Source of the DNA: Malacoraja senta
Lineage: Eukaryota
Assembly (NCBI GenBank): GCA_038087875.1
Contig: CM075982.1
Location: 63,302,001-63,366,000, forward strand
DNA length: 64,000 nt
Reading direction: 5' to 3'
In this document: positions 48,191 through 61,515 of the stretch, in pieces
Layout: every line of letters begins with the position of its first letter
How positions within the stretch are numbered: the stretch's first letter is position 1
Made by a program: the position numbers and the translations under genes
The notes under the pieces: model-generated
What the model was told of the DNA's origin: nothing
The model's input: only the letters and a program-made list of their open reading frames with translations
Databases searched by the model: none

Positions 48191-51100
48191 TTCCATCTTT
48201 AGTTTAAGGATGTCTGCCCCTCTTAAACAGGGAATTGTTTGTTTTTACAGCCTTTATGCAATAGTTTTACTCCCAGTGACTGCACACAAGATTTAGAGGT
48301 ACTGATATCACAGAATGAGAAACTCCTAATACATGAAAATTTATCAGCACTGTAAGCACATGCACCATTCCAAGCTTGGTAGGAAAGAGGGGGAGGACTG
48401 GGTGCTAGAGAGCAAAATACATAAATGGTCTTACCATTGCCAAGGTAAGGGATCTCATGTCAGCTGGAAAGACAGTATGAAAATTTGAAACATGCCCTAA
48501 TGAATTGCATCCTGTCATTATATATTTAATAATACATTAGAAAATTGCATACCGGAGGACTGGCAGTTAGCTAGAATAATGTCCGTATTTAAGAAAGGGA
48601 GTACAATGCAATTTGGGAATTATAGACCTATAATCTGTAGTAAAAAATAATGGAATAATGAAGCAAAGAATAGAAAAATCTCAAATAATTATGATTTTCA
48701 AAAGGAATGGCATAGCAAGGCTAACTTAATTGAATTTCCCCACAGGATACAGAGAAGACAATTATAACAGATGTAATTTATCTAGATTTCCAACCCACAC
48801 AATAGATAATGAATTATGACAGAAAAATTCATGTACTAAAATAGATTACTGGCTGGCTTCACGACTGGAATGAGTGGGAACAAAGAGTAGCTTTTCAATG
48901 AAAGAAAGCGGGTAATAGTGTTCCCCGAGGATCAATGTTGGGATAATTACCTTTTGCAATTAACATAAATGATTCACATTTGACATCTGTGAATGATACC
49001 AAGTTCAGAGAAATGGTTGTGGGGGTAGCATTAGAGAATAGCCATTATCGAGGATGACTGCAACAAAATTACAAAACATTAATTAACATATACAATGAAT
49101 GGACAGATAAGGTTCAATACAGATAAATCCAAGGCGAGGACTTTTATTTAATGAGGCATGATTTACAAACATACGAAATAGGAATAGGAATTGACCACTC
49201 AACCCTGCTATGTAATTTAATGATGCCAAGACTATCATTGATCTACTTGCACGTAACCATATCCCTCCATTCCCTGCATATATGCCTATCCAAAAGTATT
49301 TTAAACGCAACAAACATATCTGTATCAATCACCAGTCTCAGCAGAACATTCCACGCACTCACCACCTTCTGTAAAAAACATGCCTCGCACATATCCGTTA
49401 AACTTTGCCCCTCTCATCTTAAAGCTATGCCCTCTAGTATTTGATTTTTATTATTTTCTATACATAAAAAGAGGTATTAGAGAGACCATTTTTACAAGAA
49501 AAAGAAATAAAATGGCAGTATACACACGTCAAGCCGATAGGTGGACAAGACATTGGATGATACATGATATGAGCAATTAGACATATGGTCATTAATCAGG
49601 AATGATTCAATGTCTGCACTGGATCTGATGAAAGTTCTTTGAATTGAACATTTGATTCTCCAGATACATTGTAACTTTCTGAATATTTCCATAGTTTTTC
49701 ATTATTTCAGAATTCCAGCATGTGATATTTTCATTACTATTTTCCAACATTGATATTTTCCACAATTAAATATGAATTTCCTTGTAATATGCCACCATCT
49801 TACCCCATTGTGAATAATGATGCAATGTGATATAACATGTATCCTGTTTTTGATATTCCAAAGTTATTCTTGTTCAAAAGGTCTGTATGGTTCTTGATCA
49901 CTTTTTCTCCCAACAGAATATCATTCATCAAAATTCTCTAACATTGAAATTACTTCATCTTTAAATAATAAAGCTCGTAAAAATTAACAAGTCCCACAAC
50001 ATTATTCAGAAGGTTGAACAGTATCTGTGGAGAATCATTATTTAGTTCAAAGAACTTGCATTAGAATCAATGCAGAGACATTGGATCATCCCTGAATAAA
50101 AGCATATTGGAATCAGGGTGTCACTTAATAAAATTAACATAAGCAAAATAAGAAAATGGGATGACCCAGGACTGAATGGTTTCCATCCCCACGTATATAA
50201 GGAAGTGTGTGAGAACACTGGAAATGCCCTATTTGTAATAGTCGAGTTCTCCAAATTTGGAGACTCAACATTTAGTTGTGCATTAACATCATTTTAAAGA
50301 ATTTTTTTCAGGGAAATTGGAAGTTACTGGATAACTTGACTGGATACCAAATTGTTAGGAAATAATTATTGTCTAAAAGAATAAACTGTCTGAATAGTTA
50401 TATTTTCAGTTGATTCAAAAGAACTAGTAACATTTCATGAAAAGGCAAGTCTTAGCAAATCCATATAGTTTTTCAAGAGGTGAGTAAATTAATGGATGTG
50501 AATGTTACATGGAAGTATTAATCTGTACATGGATTAATTGAGTTGTACAGCATAGAAACAAGCCGTTTGGCCCATCACATCTATATCAACCATAATGCCA
50601 CCTAGCATGGATTTTTTGCCAAGAGGCTGCAGATATCCATGCTGTTTCCCCCTCTAGATAATATCTAGCCACAACACCGATATTGTCATTTAAAAACAAC
50701 CAAGAAAAATTAATAAAGATATAAAGATAAAAATGTAGCACCCTGTAGGTAGTTACATTCTAGTGTTTCATATTTGTCTTCCCACGAATAAATGTTATCC
50801 TAAATTATGCAAGATAGCAGTGTGAATTATAGGTCAAAAGTTTTTAATTTGTAAAAGGCTTGTTCGATTTTTTCAAAAGTTCACCAACAAAACAGACCTA
50901 CACAACCCCAATAGTCTGCTATCAGATTGTTTGGAAACCCCAATGGGTTGGCATCCAGTTCATCCAAGCTCCCTTGAAATTGATTTGTCCCGTTTCCTGC
51001 ACTCCCTTGTAACTTATTGGGTTCATTGGAAATTGAATGACACTGTAATATTTGAAAGTGAAAAGTATGATGTAGAATTAATTGGAATAACATCCAACAG

Positions 51101-53035
51101 TTTTGAAAACCTGCTAGTCTGGCAGAAAAATACTGTGTGCTGGATTAATGGAGCTTTACTGTGAACAAAATACAAATGATAGATTTAATTCAACATGTTA
51201 TTGATGCTCAAGTTACAAATTTATATTTTCAAGTTTGATCCACAGAACTGTACTGCAATCTTCAAAAACCATCCACTAAATCCAGAGAATATTAAAAAAA
51301 AACAATGCTAATAAAATCCAATTTTTATTTTTAAATAGCAGCTTATTAGCCTTCCCCGCCCTAGTGTTACAATTAATTTAAGAATTTGTACATTGATGTC
51401 TCAGACATGAATGGACAGATAATATTAGTCAGATTCCACTGGCAAAAGCAAAAGGAATCCAACCGCACCCTTTTAAACAAGTAGATGGAATTTTTAGAAC
51501 TTGTATTTTAACCAAATGTCTACTGACTAAAGCTTCAAAGAAACAAAAAAATATTGTTACAGTAAAAATCTGCACCTCAATTATTCACCCTTTGATAGGG
51601 TCCTTTTAAGAATCTTAAAAACATTTAATAGTTTCTGAATTCTCAGAAACATTTATTTTATGTTGACTATCCACTAAAAGAATTTACTAAGTATTGTGAT
51701 TTAAGGGGTATAAAATGCATTCAACATTGTAGAAGAAAGCCATTTTTAATTTAAATACTTCTTCAGAGTATTAAGGGACACATGAATTAATGTGTTGTGT
51801 GAATTAAAGATTTTAAAAATCAATACTTTGTAGGATTTTCATTTTGAAGGATTTACATCTAACGTGTGGTGAGATATACATTAGCTTTACTGAGAATAAA
51901 GATGTTCAAATATGATGCCAGTTAGCATGTTTCCGAAATGTCATGTTTCCTTTACCTTAATTACACAAACCCTCTTGGACATGCAGCAAGGCATCAATTT
52001 ATTTGAGCAGGATCTAAACACAAGACAATTGAACAGAACTACATAACAGAAAAATGTCCTTTCCTTATCTCCTGTTACACGTACTGAGTAAAGCCAATCA
52101 GAAATTTAGAAAATAATCTTGAATTGGAGTCAATGGGAAGGACAGATCTCATGAAAGCATATATATCTTGGTTCTAACTACAAGCATAAATGGGAAATTC
52201 TATACACTACAGGCTTGGTAATCAATTAGAATCCAACTGATGAATGTCTGATGAATGAATGTCCAACTGATGAGTTGCCTTGAAACAGATGAAAATATCT
52301 TCAAACTGCCTCATAGAATATTCTCAAAATGTATATATTCTCATTCTAGCAGTCCAGCAATGGTACAAGGAAAAAATATATTTTCTAGAATTAAAATAGT
52401 CCTGCTACATCAGTATGAAAAAAATACTAATGCATGCCAACATTAAAAGTTTCAAGATGCTTAATTATAAATACAAATGGCAGGCACTTTCCTTTTTCAA
52501 ATATCATAGTTCATTACCAATTATAAATGAATAACCTCAAAGATAAGGGCGTTTCATCCTTTTTTCATTCTGGACCTCCAAGATAAATATTATTATTGAT
52601 AAAATCTGTTGAAGGACCTGGAAAATTATTAAAAAATCTAAATAATACTTCATTTGAAAATGGTCATTTTTAACAAAATGGTTTAAAGATAAACTCCAAA
52701 TTGGTAAAGCAAGTGACTGTCGCAGTAGCTTATACTATACCAGAAACAGGAAACCCATCAAGATAACGGTCTGGGTTTTGCTCCCTTTTAACAAGAAATT
52801 CTAAAGAGAACCGTTATTCAACAGCATTAGAAGGAACAGTGTGTTCCTGACCTCTGCGCTTTTGTGTATTACACTAGTTGTGATGAAATGAAAGGCTAGA
52901 TTCACCACATCTGGCCATGGCTAGCATGTGGCATAGTACCATACAATTAAATGAAGTTGTAGATTTGGATGAAAAATGTTAGAGGTGCATAGTTCAGCTT
53001 TTAAATTAAATATCTTTCTAAATAATAGAAAAATG

Positions 53036-54372
53036 ACCCAAAAAGCCACGGATTACTGGTCTTAATGACTACAGGCCTGTCGCACTGACTTCTGTAATCA
53101 TGAAGACCCTTGAAAGACGTGCTGGCCCACCTGAAAAATATCACAAATCCCCTGCTGGACCCCCTGCAGTTTGCATACCGGGCCAATAGGTCAGTGGATG
53201 ACGCAGTCAACCTAGGCCTGCACTTCATCCTCCAGCACCTAGACAGCCAGAGGACCGATACAAGGATTTTGTTTGTGGATTTTAGCTCTGCATTCAACAC
53301 CATTGTGCCAGAGCAACTAACTCCAAACTATCCGAGTTGACTGTGCTTGAACCCCTCTGTCGGTGGATCACCAGCTTCCTGACAGACAGAAAGCAGCATG
53401 CGAGGCTGGGAAAGCACATCTCGGACCCGCTGACCCTCAGCATAGGAGTACTGCAAGGCTGCGTACTCTCCCCTCTCCTTTACTCTCTCTACACCAACGA
53501 CTGCACCTCCAAAGACTTCTCTGTCAAGCTTCTGAAGTTTGCGGACAACACAAGCCTGATTGGACTGATCCAGGATGGGGAGGAATCTGCCTACAGACAG
53601 GAAGTGACACAGCTGGCGTCCTGGTGCCATCGAAACAATCTGGAGCTCAATGCTCTTAAGACAGTGGAATTGATTGTAGACTTTAGGAGAGCTCCCCCTT
53701 CCCTCCACCATCAACAACACCACAGTCACATCTGTGGAGTCTTTTAAGTTCCTTGGAACCATCATCTCCAGGGACCTTAAATGGGAGGCCACCATCGACT
53801 CCAGAGTCAAAAAGGCCCAACAGAGGATGTACTTCATGCGGCAGCTGAGAAAACACAATCTGCCACAGGCAATGAAGGTCCAGTTTTATACTGCCATCAT
53901 AGAGTCTGTCCTCAGCTTCTTCATCATGGTCTGGTTTGGCTCAGCCACCAAGCATGACATCCGGAGCATGCAGCGCATCGTTCGATCAGCCGAGAAGGTT
54001 GTTGGCTGCAACCTTCCCCCCATCGTCGAACTGTACACGGCAAGGGCCAGGAAGCGAGCTGGTCAGATCATCTCTGACCCCTCTCACCCTGGCCAGAAAC
54101 TCTTTGAAGCACTTCCCTCTGGAAGGCAACTCAGGACTGTCAAAGCCACCACAGCCAGTCATAAAAACAGCTTTTTTCCCACGAGCAGTAGCTACCAAAA
54201 GTCTGTAGCCTCGATTTGCTCTGGTATATAATTTCATTCTTCACATGTTTAAATTATAATGTTTTATTCTTCTTTATTGTATATCGTGTTGTTACTTGCG
54301 AGCAAAGCACCAAGGCAAATTCCTTGTATGTATACATACTTGGCAAATAAAATGTATTCAATTAAATTAAAT
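53036..54372 (+). mobile_element. Rex1/Babar LINE, 5'-truncated, frameshifted RT
   Basis: PKKPRITGLNDYRPVALTSVIMK, LDPLQFAYRANRSVDDA, LFVDFSSAFNTI, QGCVLSPLLYSLYTNDC, KFADN; aataaa plus (attaa)n tail. Confidence 0.92.
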
Positions 54373-56015
54373 ACAAAGTACACATATCAATTTCAACTGG
54401 TTTTAAATTGTCTTGAGTAGCAAGAACATTTCCATGAAAATGCTCATAATAGGCTGAAGTAGTCACAAACATGTTCAGTCTGAAGTGGCAGGTGGTTGAT
54501 TTATCTCAGGTCTTTCCTGAGATTGCCACCAGATTTCAGCCAACGCAATTCATTCCACACGATATTGTGTTCCTATTTAGCCAGCAGATCCAGAAAACTA
54601 CTGATCAACAGCATTGCATATGTCAGCTTGATCTTCACTTTTGTACCTGCCTGTCATAACAAAGTTGTTGCTGGTATCTGCATATTAGATCTCCTACTCA
54701 ATTGTGCAGAGGTAAAAGATCAGATGCATTTCTTATCTGGGCCTTTGACCATGGCTAGTTTATGCAGCACAATGTATTCATGTGTTTGCCTGAAGAGGAT
54801 ATGAAAAGGATGCAGCAAAGGGCACAGGATAAAGCAACACACTGCAGTAGTCCACACTCCACATAAAGCTGCACTTCGATCCAGTAGTTACAAAGCTGAG
54901 ATCTATCCTGCAAAGTAGAAAATTTGGTATTAGGTGGTACTTTCATGATTTTCAGCCATGACTATTCTTCACAATTTCTCTTTTAGCAGTTCCCCATTAG
55001 CAGTTCATCTTTTGAAAGCAAACAGTTAACCACACGTGGAAGATCTCTAATCAATCTATGCATGCACATGCACTTCACGGTACCTGAATGGAGAACACTT
55101 GAGTAGGTCATTAGATATAAACGCATTGCTATCAAACCTCATTTCCTTGCCATCAACCCAGCTTCCTGTTACAGGTTTTTAAACTGAATATATCCTGTTT
55201 GCAAATACGAGATTGTTATCAAACAGGTAAGCAATCCAACTTGCTCCCAGATACGATTCCTGTTCTTTATTTTACCCCTTGACTTTTCATTGTCGTTAAT
55301 AAAAGTTTGTGGAATTACCCTGGGCTCCCAAATTTTTTACAAGTACAGGTGCATTCATGCTAATTCTGTATGTGTCTGACAAAATGTTCCTTGTCAGACA
55401 CATTTTATGCAACGAGTCTCACTTGGAGTCAATAAATTGAGGTACATTCTTCCCCAGATGATTTAACAAAGAGCCGAAGGGGTATCCAGCGTGGGTAGGG
55501 GGGCACCAAGTGAACAAAGAGGGACTATTGGGGGCTACTGCATAACTTTGTCGGCACCCTATATGTGGCAACTCTTGGCATACTTTGTGTATGGTATAGA
55601 AAACAAAGAATTTCACTGTGACATGTCACATGATATAATAAAGTATCAATCAAACAACATTTCTAATGGAACAATCTTTGTTCGAGGTGTACCATGGCCC
55701 GATCCCCGAACTCTACCTCCGCTACATCGACGTCTGCATTGGTGCTACCTCCTGCACCCACACACAAGTCAATGACTTCATCCATTTCACCACTAACTTC
55801 CATCCGGCATTCATATTCACCTGGACCATTTCCGACATTTCCCTACCATTTCTAGACCTCACTATCTCCATCGCAGGTTTTAGACTACTGACCGCCATCT
55901 ACTATAAACTCCCTGGGCTACCTGGACTACACTTCTTCCCACCCTGCTTCCTGTAAGGACTCCAACCCCTACTCCCAATTCCTCCGTCTACGCCGCATCT
56001 GAACCCAGGATGAGG

Positions 56016-56440
56016 ATGAATCTCCTCAATCTTTTGAGAAAGTAGAGGTGTTGATGGGCTTCCTTTATGCTGGCATGTGCCAGGCCTATGACAGATCTTC
56101 AGAAATATGCAGGCCCAGAAATTTGAAGTCCACCACCAACCCATCGATGAAGAAAGGTTTGTGCATTCTTGGTATTTTTCTTCGAAAGACAACAATCAGC
56201 TCCTTGGTCTTACTGATGTTGAGAGCAATTTTGTTGTCTGGCACCATTCAATCAGACAATCTCCCTCCGACACTCTGACTCATCATTACCTGTAATTCAT
56301 CCAACAACAGTGGTGTCGACGGTGAACTTAAAGATAGAGCTAGAACTGTGTCCGTTACACAGTCATGGGTACAGAGTAAGTAGAGCAAGGGACTGAGTAC
56401 ACAGCCTTGAGGTGTCCCTGTACTAATGGTTATCGAGGAG
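56016..56440 (-). mobile_element. Internal Rex1-like RT fragment inserted in the Penelope element
   Basis: ISTGTPQGCVLSPLLYLLCTHDC; flanked by a 19-bp duplication at 55997-56015 and 56441-56459. Confidence 0.82.
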
Positions 56441-57318
56441 ATCTGCACCCAGGATGAGGTGTTTCACACCAGGGCATCGGAGATGTCCTCATTCTTTAGG
56501 GAACAGGGGTTCCCCTCTTCTACTATAGATGTGGCTCTCACCAGGATCTCTTCTATACCCCGTAACTCTGCTCTCACTCCCCATCCCCCCCACTCGTAAC
56601 ATTGGCAGAGCCCCCCTTGTCCTCACCTTCCACCCTACCAGCCGTCCCATACAACAAATAATCCTCTGACATTTTCGCCACCTCCAACGGGATCCCACCA
56701 CTGACCACATCTTCCCATCTCCTCCCGTCAGCTTTCCGCAGACACAGCTCCCTCCGTAACTCCCTGGTCAATTCGTCCCTTCCCACCCAAACCACCCCCT
56801 CTCCTGGCCCTTTCCCTTACAACCGCAGGAAATGCTACACTTGTCGCTTTACCTCCCCCCTTGACTCCATTCAAGGATCCAAGCCGTCTTTCCAGGTGCG
56901 GAAGAGGTTCACCTGCACCTCCTCCAACCTCATCTATTGCATTCGCTGCTCTAGGTGTCAGCTGCTCTACATCGGTGAGACCAAGCGTAGGCTTGGTGAT
57001 CGCTTCGCCCAACACCTCTGCTCGGTTCGCAATAACCAACCTGATCTCCAGGTGGCTCAGCACTTCAACTCCCCCTCCCATTCCGAATCTGACAGTTATG
57101 TCCTGGGCCTCCTCCATGGCCAGAGTGAGGTCCACCGTAAATTGGAGGAGCAGCACCTAATGTTTCGCTTGGGCAGTTTACACCCCAGTGGTATGAACAT
57201 TGACTTCTCCAATTTCAGGTAGTTCCTGCTTTCTCCTCCCCTTCCCAGCTCTCCCTCAGCCCACTGTCTCCGCCGCTTCCTTTCTTCTTCCCTCCCCACC
57301 CCCCACCCTCACATCAGT

Positions 57319-57346
57319 CTGAAGAAGGGTCTCGACCCGAAACGTT
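57319..57346 (+). ncRNA. Minimal type I hammerhead ribozyme core in the Penelope pLTR
   Basis: CTGAAGA-a-GGGT(ctcg)ACCC-GAAAC-GTT; helix III is the palindromic ACGT; helix I is very short. Confidence 0.6.
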
Positions 57347-57896
57347 GCCTATTTCCTTCGCTCCATAGATGCTGCCTCACCCGCTGAGTTTCTCCAGGAT
57401 TTTTGTCCACCTAACATTTATAATGGAAATCATTTTTCATAACTATTTCTTTACAAATGCTATTATGCTTTACATATGCTATTTTCTTTACAACCAAATG
57501 GATTATTTCAGGTATTTTTTTTAAAAGATCTGCACCCCAAGCAAATAAAGATGTTCATACAATCCAGTAAATTCAATTATGTGCACTGTGTTACTATTTA
57601 TTTTTCACTTTTAAGATCTAAGCATCTTACAAACACCTAAGTACCGAATGGATAAATTTTCCTTTTCAGCAGCGAGAGTTCTTAGCGCACTGAGTCCTTG
57701 TGTTTAGCCCACTGAGTCTTCATATTCTAAATAAGAAATTAGAATTTTCCAGCTCTCCTCATAAACTTGTGTCCTTTCATCTTGCAAAACGTATGATTGT
57801 TTGTACTTTAACAGGGAGGCGATAATCATATGCATAATGGGAAAACTACAATTCACTTAAAAGATTGAAGTAATTTGTTGTGTAAATTGGAGATAA

Positions 57897-58710
57897 AAGG
57901 AACTGCAGATGTTGGAATCTTGAGCAAAAGAAACTGCTGGAGAAACAGATATGGTTAGGCAGCATCCACGGAGCGAATCAACTAGTGACGTTTCAGGTCG
58001 GGAACCTTTTTCAGATTGATTGTAGTGGGGGGGGGGGAGAGAAAGCTGGAAAAGAGGTGAGGGTGGGACAAATACTGGCAAGTGATAGATGATTACAGGT
58101 GATGGGGGTAATTATCATCTACTCTGCCCATCTGACAAAGTCTAGAGGTGATAAGGAGACAAAAGGGTGTTAGATAGGGAGAGAAGAAGAGTGAAATGCA
58201 AAGCCACTGGGAGGGATATTGGTGAAAGGATAAAGAGGGAGTGAAAAGGAAAATAGGGGACGTGGATGGGAGGGGAGTATACAAAGATGAGGAAAGGAGC
58301 AAGGGAGAGGGTATGAGTATTGGGAAAAAATGGATGTGTACTTGGGTGGCGGTGGGCACAGGAAAGAGGAAGATGGGGTAAGGGTATTACCTAAAATTGG
58401 AGAAGTTAATGCTCATACTATTAGGTTGTAAGCTCCAGTTTGTGTTTGGTCTCACTCTTACAATGGAAGAGGCCAAGAACAGAAAAGTTGGTATGTAAAT
58501 GGGAAGGGGATTTAAGATGATTAGCGATTTGGATGTCCAGCATGCCTTGGCAGACAGAGCACAGTGTTTGGTGAAATAGTTGTTTAATCTACACGTGGTC
58601 TCACTGATATAAAGGGGGCAACTTCGAAAGCAACAAATGCAGTGTAGATGAGGTTTGAAATGACACATCTGGAAGAGCTATTGGGGTCCCTGGATGGAGG
58701 TGAGGGAAGT
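57897..58710 (-). mobile_element. Decayed Penelope-like 3' fragment with pLTR
   Basis: ORF 58387-58668 encodes CICCFRSCPLYISETTCRL...INFSNFR; core variant ctgaaaaaggttcccgacctgaaacgtc. Confidence 0.75.
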
Positions 58711-59559
58711 ACCAAGTAGCAGAATGGATTTGCTGCCCAGCTTCAACAAAGAAAACAGAAAGGGGTAGCTACTCAGGGTGGGATGGCATTATTCCACAAG
58801 AATTGGTGCTGAGACCAAGTTGGATTATAAATTACATTAACAATTCACACTTTGCAATCAAAAACTATTTCAAAATATTAGAGGCGAAGAGAGATAATCA
58901 ATACCAAGAAGGTTTGCAACAAATCACAGTAAGCCATTGACAAGTAGAATGTAAAAAAAAGGAATATTAATGTAAAAATGTAAGGTCGTACGTTTTGATA
59001 AAAAGAGCAGGGTTATCACATTATTTGGAGGTTGCTAGTCGAGGTGGAGTAAAGGATCTCGAAATATAGATACTTGATTAACTAACAACCAAGCCAAAAT
59101 GCAAAAATGCCAAAATAATGTATTCCATCACATCACGCCTCTCACACAGCAAGTTGGTTCATCCGACGGTCGTCCCTCTCAGTACCTCCCTGTTCATGGC
59201 TCCTTCCAGATTTTGACATCAGCCCACCCAATCCCACGCCCATTTCTACACGAGAACGAAGAACTTCTGAATTGAATTAAAAACTGCAGTGCATCAACTG
59301 AAACTAATGTTATTACTAAAACAAATATAATTTAGTGGTTTAAAAAAGGTAATGTTTTATTGTAATTTTAGCAATTTTCCTCCAGAAGTGAACATGCCTA
59401 ACTTCTGCAAAGGTCCAAATTGATGAAATTAGCTTTTTGATCGTATGTTGTCTTTGAACTACTCGGCTACAGTTTGCTTTTGAACTTCATCCCACAATTT
59501 ATGTAGGGCCTTACCAATCACTTAAAGTTGTGTCACAGCTGGCAAAGTTATTTCAATAA

Positions 59560-59900
59560 CACAGCAAGACAAACAGTAATTTCCTTCTAGAAAGTTAGAA
59601 GTAGCAGTTATGCTAAATTTGTATCGAATCTTGGTTAGACCACACTTTGAGCACTGTATACAGATCTGGTCACCATAGCATGTAGAGGATGGAGAGAGTG
59701 CAGAGATTACAATGATGATGCCAGCAATGCATGGATTTCTGGTGACCCAACAGAGTATGAAGGCTTTTATCAAGATTTGAAACCGAATGTATCCACTTGT
59801 GAGGAAGAGCATAACTAAAGGCCGTAATTTTTCGCAGATCGTTACCCAAAAAAAAAATCGAAGAGAAGTGAAGATATTTCTTTAGCAAGATATTGGCTAC
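59560..59900 (+). mobile_element. Decayed CR1-like fragment
   Basis: LNLYRILVRPHFEHCIQIWSP. Confidence 0.7.
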
Positions 59901-61188
59901 TATGTAAACCCACCAGCATTGGCTGAAGCAACAAGCATACAAAAGAGAAGGGAACAGAGTTGTGCTGATACATAGTGAGAAAAGATGGGAGATATCTTGA
60001 GTGGAGTACAAAATCCCACAGCCAGAGCCATACAGGAAAGGTTTTCTCCATGTCACCGTTGGTTCTTTATCCAAACATTTTCATGGCTCCTGACTCTTCC
60101 ACCAAAAGGAGTAATTCCACCAATACGACTAATTCCTTTCAACCTATTTTGTTTAGATTCTTTATGACCATACATTTGCCAGATCCCCTTCCAAGATTGG
60201 TCATTAAGATAGATCTAAAAAAACAAGAACTCTGTGACCACACTAATCACCTTCAACCAGTCAAAAAACAATTTTATCATGACGTTCTTGTCTGTACTTA
60301 AACATATCTGTGATATCCGTGTTTGTCAGCTTTTCCATCAAAGCTGTTACATACCACTTTATCAAGTTTTCTGCAAAACTAGATACACTACAACAACTCA
60401 ATTACTCTGATCAAAAATATTAGATTATATTGGTTGAACATGAATTGGTTTCTTGTAACTAATCCATTTTCCTCCAGATGATAATTAACACGTGTTCCCT
60501 TTTTGAACGAGAGACATTGTCCATTCTCCAGTCATCCAGGACCACCACTGCCCCTCTCCTCCAACATCCATAGAGCATTAAGAATCTTCTACTGCTAGTC
60601 AGTAACCCTGCAACTAATTCCTTTACATCCCTCAATCTTAGGATGCATCCCATCCAATCCTGGTGACTGAATTACTTCAACCAAGCTCAGGTGTGTAATA
60701 GTTCTTTCTAACCAAACAAACCTAACCAGTCGTTGATCCCTCTGCGACAACCTCGCTGCAGCACTATTATCTTTAATCAATTCTTTACTCAATCTTGTTT
60801 ACAGGAACATTACTGCACTGCCCTTCCATTAACTAAGCCATTTTTTTGTTTTAGCTACCACATCATTATAGTCCTTATTAGCTATCTCTGCTTGCAAGTC
60901 AGCAACCTTATTGGCCACTCTCTGCATTTTCATGATTGAACAATACTTTTGCCTTTGTCTTTTTCTTCCTAAATACACCTTCACCTGAACCCCAACCTTC
61001 TATTTCCAGTTTAGCTATTTACCTACCAATTGTACCTACAGGTCAAACTAGTTTAAACCCTTCTATACACCAACAACAAACTCCACTATGGTCATCAAAC
61101 CTTATCTTTACATATCGCAATGTAACTGAAGTCCCTCCTAGTAAATCTTTTCTACACCATCTCAATATCCTCTGCATTATCTTAATCA

Positions 61189-61515
61189 GAGGTGGCACAA
61201 CAGTAGAGTTCCTACTGTACAGCATCGGAGACCCGGGTTCGATCCTAACTACCGGTGCTGCCTGTATGGAGTTTGTACGTTCACCCCGTGACCGCGCGAG
61301 TTTTCTCTGGGTGCTCCGGTTTCCTCCCACATTCCAAAGACGTGCAGGTTTGTAGGTTAACAGGTTTGTAGGTAACAGGCAGGTTTGTAGGTAAATTGTA
61401 CCTGAAAATTGTCCATCGTGCATAGGATAGAGCTAGTGTATGGGTGATCAATGGTCGGCTTGGGCTCAGTGAACAGAAGGGCCTGTTGCCACACTGTATA
61501 TGTAAACTAAACTAA
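61189..61515 (+). mobile_element. tRNA-derived V-SINE (HE1-like), near full length
   Basis: B-box GGTTCGATCC at about 61236, V-domain, CR1-like gggcctgtt tail and (aaact)n end. Confidence 0.85.

Larger units (their letters stand above)
55666..57412 (+). mobile_element. Penelope-like (Neptune-type) element, 5'-truncated: RT C-terminus, linker, GIY-YIG endonuclease and pLTR
   Basis: YLRYIDV (decayed YIDD), LPFLDL, NLIYCIRCSRCQLLYIGETKRRLGDRF, stop at 57222, then pLTR with hammerhead core. Confidence 0.92.

Noticed and set aside
52233-52310. Three CTGATGA heptamers followed by GAAAC, superficially a hammerhead
   Set aside because: No credible helix II or helix I can be formed; the pattern is explained by a local microduplication (tccaactgatga).
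61189-61260. tRNA-like A and B boxes
   Set aside because: Head of a V-SINE, with no complete cloverleaf; not a tRNA gene.
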